Source of the DNA: an uncultured virus (IMG/VR IMGVR_UViG_3300034082_000804)
Taxonomy: Duplodnaviria; Heunggongvirae; Uroviricota; Caudoviricetes
DNA length: 20,000 bases
Reading direction: 5' to 3' (one strand)
IMG/VR virus record: IMGVR_UViG_3300034082_000804
Location: 55,874 to 75,873 of that record
Shown here in pieces: positions 15,891-20,000 of the stretch. The notes beneath the pieces were generated by a model that saw only the letters and a program-made list of their open reading frames with translations, was not told where the DNA came from and ran no database searches. The position numbers and the translations under genes are program-made. Position 1 is the stretch's first letter. Each line of letters starts with the position of its first letter.

Positions 15891-16560
15891 GTGTAGATAT
15901 TGCGATAAAGAGTTTCGTAAAGAATCTACTCTTTCGGCGCATCTTTGTGAAACTAAACGTCGTTACCAACAGGAAAAAGAAATTGGTGTACAGTTTGGGC
16001 TACAGGCATATCTACGATTTTATGAAATGACACAGGGTTCAGCTAAACTCAAAGGCTATAAGGAATTTGTAGACAGTCCTTACTACAGTGCCTTTGTTAA
16101 GTTTGGTCGTCACATGGTGGCTATACGTGCTGTGAATCCGCGTATGTTCATTGAGTATGTGATTAAAGAAAATAAGAAACTTGACCATTGGTGTCATGAC
16201 AAGGTCTATGTAGAATATCTACACACATACCTTAAGAAAGAAGCAGTTCAAGATGCGATTGAACGTGCCCTAACAGAAATGCAGGAATATACAGATGAGA
16301 CTAAAATGCTTGCCAGCTTCAATGACTATTTTAGATATGGCAATGAGAATAGGATTTGCCATCATATTGCCAATGGTCGTGTTAGTCCTTGGATTGTTTT
16401 TAATTGTGATAGCGGGGTCGAATTTCTTAGTGGACTCACTGAAGAACAGATTGCTATCATTCTTCCGTGGATAGACCCGGACTTTTGGCAACGTAGGTTC
16501 CAAGACTATCTGGCAGATACAGAGTGGGTTAAACAAATTCTTAAAGAGGCAGGCTTATAA
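15862..16560 (+). CDS. Hypothetical protein with an N-terminal zinc finger
   Basis: Probable start ATG 15862; YKCRYCDKEFRKESTLSAHLC is a C2H2/C2HC-type finger. Confidence 0.75.
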   Translation: MTNKSSPSYKCRYCDKEFRKESTLSAHLCETKRRYQQEKEIGVQFGLQAYLRFYEMTQGSAKLKGYKEFVDSPYYSAFVKFGRHMVAIRAVNPRMFIEYVIKENKKLDHWCHDKVYVEYLHTYLKKEAVQDAIERALTEMQEYTDETKMLASFNDYFRYGNENRICHHIANGRVSPWIVFNCDSGVEFLSGLTEEQIAIILPWIDPDFWQRRFQDYLADTEWVKQILKEAGL

Positions 16561-16751
16561 TGGAAGAAGTTGTAGCATTATTGAATGAAATCAAGGGCGA
16601 GATAATTAGCCTACAAACTGAATTGTTGTTGGTGAAGTTTGCTATTGAAGAAGTAGAACGCCGTACAGAATATATTTCAGAGAATTTACATCTAGCACAG
16701 GACAATGCTCCTATGACAGCTCAAGGAAAGTTACGTGTTGAAAAGTTTTAA
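16560..16751 (+). CDS. Small coiled-coil hypothetical protein
   Basis: TAATG coupling to the previous gene; heptad pattern. Confidence 0.65.
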   Translation: MEEVVALLNEIKGEIISLQTELLLVKFAIEEVERRTEYISENLHLAQDNAPMTAQGKLRVEKF

Positions 16752-17325
16752 GTCCGACGTTGACATTGACTTTGCTGATCGTGAGCAGGTATTGGCAGTA
16801 TTAGATACTACATCGGCTAGTATTATTCGTGACGGCAAGTTAACCAAGCATAACACAGGTGTCTATGCTACTGATATACCTACAGATCCGTTTACAGGAT
16901 TCTCTAGTTTAGATTATAACGATGCTGAAGAGCGTGGTTATATGAAGTTAGACTTTCTTAATGTAAACTTATATAAACAGGTTAGGGATGAAGCACATCT
17001 AGTTGAACTAATGCGTGAACCTGATTGGGCTAGATTATATGATCCGGCAATATGTCAGCAGTTAATTCACATTAACAATCACTATGATACATTACTTAAA
17101 ATGCCTGAGCCTGTGGATACTATTCCTAGACTGGCTATGTTCCTAGCAGTTATTCGTCCAGCTAAAAGACATTTAATTGGTAAGACTTGGCGAGATGTTG
17201 CGGCTGATGTGTGGACTAAACCTGCGGATGATGGATACTACTTCAAACGTGCCCATGCCGTTTCCTACGCACAACTTGTAGTCGTTAATATGAATTTATT
17301 AGTAGAACAACAAACGCAATCATAG
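16735..17325 (+). CDS. Miniature DNA polymerase III alpha (DnaE, family C)-like protein
   Basis: SDVDIDFADR, KHNTGVY, GYMKLDFLNV, LAMFLAVIRPA and YYFKRAHAVSYA match DnaE palm/fingers motifs in order, in only 196 aa. Confidence 0.85.
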   Translation: MLKSFKSDVDIDFADREQVLAVLDTTSASIIRDGKLTKHNTGVYATDIPTDPFTGFSSLDYNDAEERGYMKLDFLNVNLYKQVRDEAHLVELMREPDWARLYDPAICQQLIHINNHYDTLLKMPEPVDTIPRLAMFLAVIRPAKRHLIGKTWRDVAADVWTKPADDGYYFKRAHAVSYAQLVVVNMNLLVEQQTQS

Positions 17326-17360
17326 CGTGTGCTTTTTTAATTATTATACTAAATAATAGT

Positions 17361-17981
17361 ATGATAACATATCCAAGAAAGTGTCCTGTATGTGAATACA
17401 TAGCAAATAATCCTGCTATGTATTCGTACCATAAACAAACTCATCAATCTATTCCAGCAGATACCTTATGTCATTTTGGCTGCGGTAATACAGCTACCCA
17501 TCGAAATACTGGCGGCAAGTATACTTGCAAATCAAAATATCAAGAGTGCCCTTCTTATATAGATCAATTAAGTAATCGAACAAAGAAAAGTTGGGAAGGC
17601 GCTATTAAAAGAAAAGAAGAAACAAAAAAATGTTTCTATGAGCATTGTAGCGGAAACGAAATTGCTCGCAAAAAAGCAAAACAGTCTATTAAAGAAAAAT
17701 GGGGAGATTTTACCCCAGAACAAATGAAAGATTTTAGGCAATATGCTAGACGTATTAGAGTTAGAGCACAGCGATGGGCAAAAGCACAAGGATATAGTTT
17801 AGGTCAGCGAACATATCATGTTGATCATAAGTTTAGTATATGGGATTCATGGTTGGCTAGTCTGCCAGAAAGTGTAGTAAATCATCCTGCCAATTTAAGA
17901 ATTTTAGAAGCGAATGAAAATTCATCTAAAGGTGCTAAGAGTTTATACACTCTTGAAGAACTATTAATGTTAACTAACTAA
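17361..17981 (+). CDS. HNH endonuclease with N-terminal zinc-binding motifs (putative freestanding homing endonuclease)
   Basis: YHVDHKFSI...NHPANLRILEANENSSKG HNH core; CPVC...H...H and CHFGCG...C...C motifs; upstream CTAAATA at 17349-17355. Confidence 0.8.
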   Translation: MITYPRKCPVCEYIANNPAMYSYHKQTHQSIPADTLCHFGCGNTATHRNTGGKYTCKSKYQECPSYIDQLSNRTKKSWEGAIKRKEETKKCFYEHCSGNEIARKKAKQSIKEKWGDFTPEQMKDFRQYARRIRVRAQRWAKAQGYSLGQRTYHVDHKFSIWDSWLASLPESVVNHPANLRILEANENSSKGAKSLYTLEELLMLTN

Positions 17982-18352
17982 CCTACTTTGCGAATCAGTG
18001 TAATACTACGGCGCTTACTGCGTTTCTGAGCTATTTCTTTTAGACTAACGTAAGGGCCGTGCTGTATAAGAACGTCCTTGCTGTTGAATGTTTTTAAACA
18101 GGGTCTAAACTCTACCCAATCTAATTTTAGAAATACATTGATAGGCACTAGCCTATTACTTTCCCACCACCACTGATCTGCCAGCGACAAAAAACGTTCT
18201 TTTTGATCTAGCGTGCGTAGAGCTGAAAAATCGTAGATTGTAGTGATGATCTCATCTGCGTTTTGTACAATGCCAATGTAGTCATTACCTCCGTAGGTCA
18301 GATAGCTAATAAATGGGTATTGGTCTAATAAATTCTTGTAACTATCTTCCAT
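17978..18352 (-). CDS. Hypothetical protein
   Basis: Only convincing minus-strand gene. It fills the gap between two + genes, has a WWWESNR motif and a basic tail, and has TATAAATA upstream on the minus strand. Confidence 0.8.
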   Translation of the reverse strand: MEDSYKNLLDQYPFISYLTYGGNDYIGIVQNADEIITTIYDFSALRTLDQKERFLSLADQWWWESNRLVPINVFLKLDWVEFRPCLKTFNSKDVLIQHGPYVSLKEIAQKRSKRRSITLIRKVG

Positions 18353-18362
18353 ACGACTCGCG

Positions 18363-18415
18363 ATAAATACTCTAAAGGATCAAGCAAAAGTGCCTGTAAT
18401 CACAAGTTATTTATA
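18363..18415. promoter_or_regulatory. Overlapping opposed T4-like late promoter motifs
   Basis: + strand ATAAATA at 18363-18369; - strand TATAAATA (TATTTATA on +) at 18408-18415. Confidence 0.6.
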
Positions 18416-18890
18416 TCAGAATATTTTCACTGTTCAGATTTTGGACTATAACGATCCTGCCATTTCTGACAGAAGGAACAACATCGTGTATCAAAGACCA
18501 ATCGAAATTTATCGCGGGGCAGATAACCCTATTGTTATCAAATTTAAGAACCAAGATCAAAAGACGGCTAATATTGCTGGATTGACATTTAGTGGTTACA
18601 TTATTGATTATTTGAAAGGCAATGTTGTATCAAACGTGAGTGTAACGGTTAGTAATGTCAGCACAGCTACAGCAAATTGTATGCTGACTAGTGATTTTAT
18701 TAACACACTACCGCAGAGCAGATACAAACTTGCGTTCCTAAAATACAATGGTGTACATGAAACACCTACTTATAGTGATGATAACTATGGCGTCTATGCT
18801 GAACTAAGAATTAATCCAGCATTTGAAACAGACGCATTTACATCAAGCACTACAGACTACAGTGGCAACGTTGACCTAGGTATAATATAA
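18390..18890 (+). CDS. Putative virion structural protein (beta-rich, baseplate/fibre-attachment-like)
   Basis: GTG start with AAGGA RBS after a late-promoter motif; IYRGADNPIVIKFKNQDQK; coupled to the fibre gene. Confidence 0.6.
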   Translation: MPVITSYLYQNIFTVQILDYNDPAISDRRNNIVYQRPIEIYRGADNPIVIKFKNQDQKTANIAGLTFSGYIIDYLKGNVVSNVSVTVSNVSTATANCMLTSDFINTLPQSRYKLAFLKYNGVHETPTYSDDNYGVYAELRINPAFETDAFTSSTTDYSGNVDLGII

Positions 18891-20000
18891 TGCAGGCACC
18901 AAGAAGATTACAGTTACGAAGAGGCAACACAGCGGCAATTAGTACCTACGTTGGTGCCCCTGGTGAATTGATAGTTAATACCGATACTAATACCTTATAT
19001 CTTCATAACGGAACAACGGTTGGGGGCGTCGCTACTTCAGTTAATACATCTAGTATTACAACAAATGTTTCGGCGTTACAAGGTAATGTAGCAATATTAC
19101 AAGGTAATATACTAACTTTACAATCTGGAATTACAACCTTAACTAGCAACGCAGCTGTACAATCAGGCATACTAGCAACATTGTTAGCCAATGCCGCAAC
19201 ACAAGCAGGTGACCTAGCAACCTTAACAAGTAATGCCGCAAGTCAAGCTGGTGACATAGCAACCATCTACGCAAACTTAGGTGCGGTAAGTGGAAGCATA
19301 GCAACATTAACTAGTAATGCCGCAATACAGGCAGGCCTACTAGATACATTAACAGGTAATGCAGCTAGCCAAGGCGGAGAACTAGCTACCTTAGTAGCTA
19401 ATGCCGCAACACAAGCGGGTGCGTTGGCTACTTTAACTAGCAATGCCGCTAGTCAAAGTGGAACACTTGCCGACCTAATAGCCAATGCCGCAGTTCAGGC
19501 AGGACTAATTGCTGGTAGTACAGGCACATACGGTAATGCTAATGTGGCTGCTTACTTACCAACATACTCAGGTAATATTGCAGGTAATATTGCTAAGAAT
19601 GGATACACCTGGACATTTAGCGAAGCTGGCGCCACAACATTCCCAACAGGAGTTAGATTATCAAATGCCAGGGGTGCAAACACAGTTAACTTTACTACTG
19701 ATGTTGATAAATCATTTCAGATTGAAACAGGAACTGCCATTAGTGGTAAATTATGGAGCTTTGGTCCAGATGGTAATTTGACTCTGCCGCAAAATGCCAA
19801 CATTAACTTTTCCAATGGTGTTAGCATACTAACCGGGTTAGGTAGTAGCACCTATGGCAACACACAAGTAGCCGCATACTTGCCAACATATGATGGCAAT
19901 ATTGCGGCTAATATTAGCAAAGCAGGCTACACTTGGACCTTTGGCACAGATGCTGTCCTAACTTTACCTTCGGGCGCAACTATTTTAGAAAGCGGGTATG
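18890..20000 (+). CDS. Tail/capsid fibre-like protein with Mtd_N domain (partial, runs off window; not in ORF track)
   Basis: MQAPRRLQLRRGNTAAISTYVGAPGELIVNTDTNTLYLHNGTTVGG matches the major tropism determinant N-terminal motif. It is followed by coiled-coil and YGNxxVAAYLPTY repeats, and the frame is open to 20000. Confidence 0.85.
   Translation, partial: MQAPRRLQLRRGNTAAISTYVGAPGELIVNTDTNTLYLHNGTTVGGVATSVNTSSITTNVSALQGNVAILQGNILTLQSGITTLTSNAAVQSGILATLLANAATQAGDLATLTSNAASQAGDIATIYANLGAVSGSIATLTSNAAIQAGLLDTLTGNAASQGGELATLVANAATQAGALATLTSNAASQSGTLADLIANAAVQAGLIAGSTGTYGNANVAAYLPTYSGNIAGNIAKNGYTWTFSEAGATTFPTGVRLSNARGANTVNFTTDVDKSFQIETGTAISGKLWSFGPDGNLTLPQNANINFSNGVSILTGLGSSTYGNTQVAAYLPTYDGNIAANISKAGYTWTFGTDAVLTLPSGATILESGY
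19139..19510 (+). repeat. Coding tandem repeat, about 9 x 42 bp (14 aa, consensus LTSNAAxQAGxLAT)
   Basis: Units start at 19139, 19181, 19223 ... 19475, with recurring AATGCCGC. Confidence 0.9.
19526..19942 (+). repeat. Duplicated 31-aa module in the fibre protein
   Basis: TYGNANVAAYLPTYSGNIAGNIAKNGYTWTF (19526-19618) and TYGNTQVAAYLPTYDGNIAANISKAGYTWTF (19850-19942), 324 bp apart. Confidence 0.9.

Noticed and set aside
515..17789. Short alternative-frame and antisense ORFs in the track (515-745, 3263-3472, 4711-4899, 5429-5671, 6553-6801, 7834-8793 set, 9445-11028 set, 12275-13650 set, 14577-14765, 16270-16536, 17568-17789)
   Set aside because: They lie within or across well-supported + strand genes and show no recognisable motifs; most likely shadow ORFs.
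16735..17981. mini-DnaE as a pseudogene or an intron/intein-split dnaE interrupted by the HNH
   Set aside because: The deletions are internal and in frame, the motifs are intact, no further dnaE sequence follows the HNH, and only 35 nt separate the genes, leaving no room for an intron core.
19139..19510. 42-bp periodic repeat as a CRISPR or non-coding repeat
   Set aside because: In frame, degenerate at synonymous positions and without spacers; it is a protein repeat.
19003..19781. Track ORFs 19003-19191 (-) and 19509-19781 (+)
   Set aside because: Both are shadows of the long open frame 18890->20000, which the track omits because it has no stop in the window.
1..20000. Stop-codon reassignment or tRNA genes
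   Set aside because: Genes tile densely under the standard code with TAA, TAG and TGA all used as stops. No cloverleaf or T-loop signature was noticed in the short intergenic gaps.

Overview
This window looks like part of a large dsDNA tailed phage genome (inference). Genes are densely packed and almost all on the + strand. It carries consensus sigma70 early promoters, T4-like (T/C)AAATA late-promoter motifs, a UvsW-like helicase and an Mtd_N fibre gene. In order: (i) 1-4465, the end of a sugar-modification cluster (NAD-dependent epimerase, NDP-hexose C-methyltransferase, SAM methyltransferase, two glycosyltransferase-like genes); (ii) 4546-5335, a small Cys-rich ORF and a SleB-type cell-wall hydrolase; (iii) 5332-7750, an array of six consensus sigma70 promoters, partly direct repeats, driving small early genes and one ORF-less structured RNA candidate; (iv) an AAA+ ATPase, four tiny membrane-protein ORFs missing from the ORF track, and a formate-tetrahydrofolate ligase (fhs) followed by a terminator; (v) 11170-17325, a replication-like operon with an SF2 helicase, SGNH-like protein, possible degenerate Hint-fold protein, gp62-like protein, zinc-finger protein and a 196-aa miniature DnaE that keeps all three catalytic Asp motifs; (vi) an HNH endonuclease, a convergent ORF and the start of a virion module with an Mtd_N repeat-rich fibre running off the window. 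All family calls come from motif recognition by eye; no searches were run.
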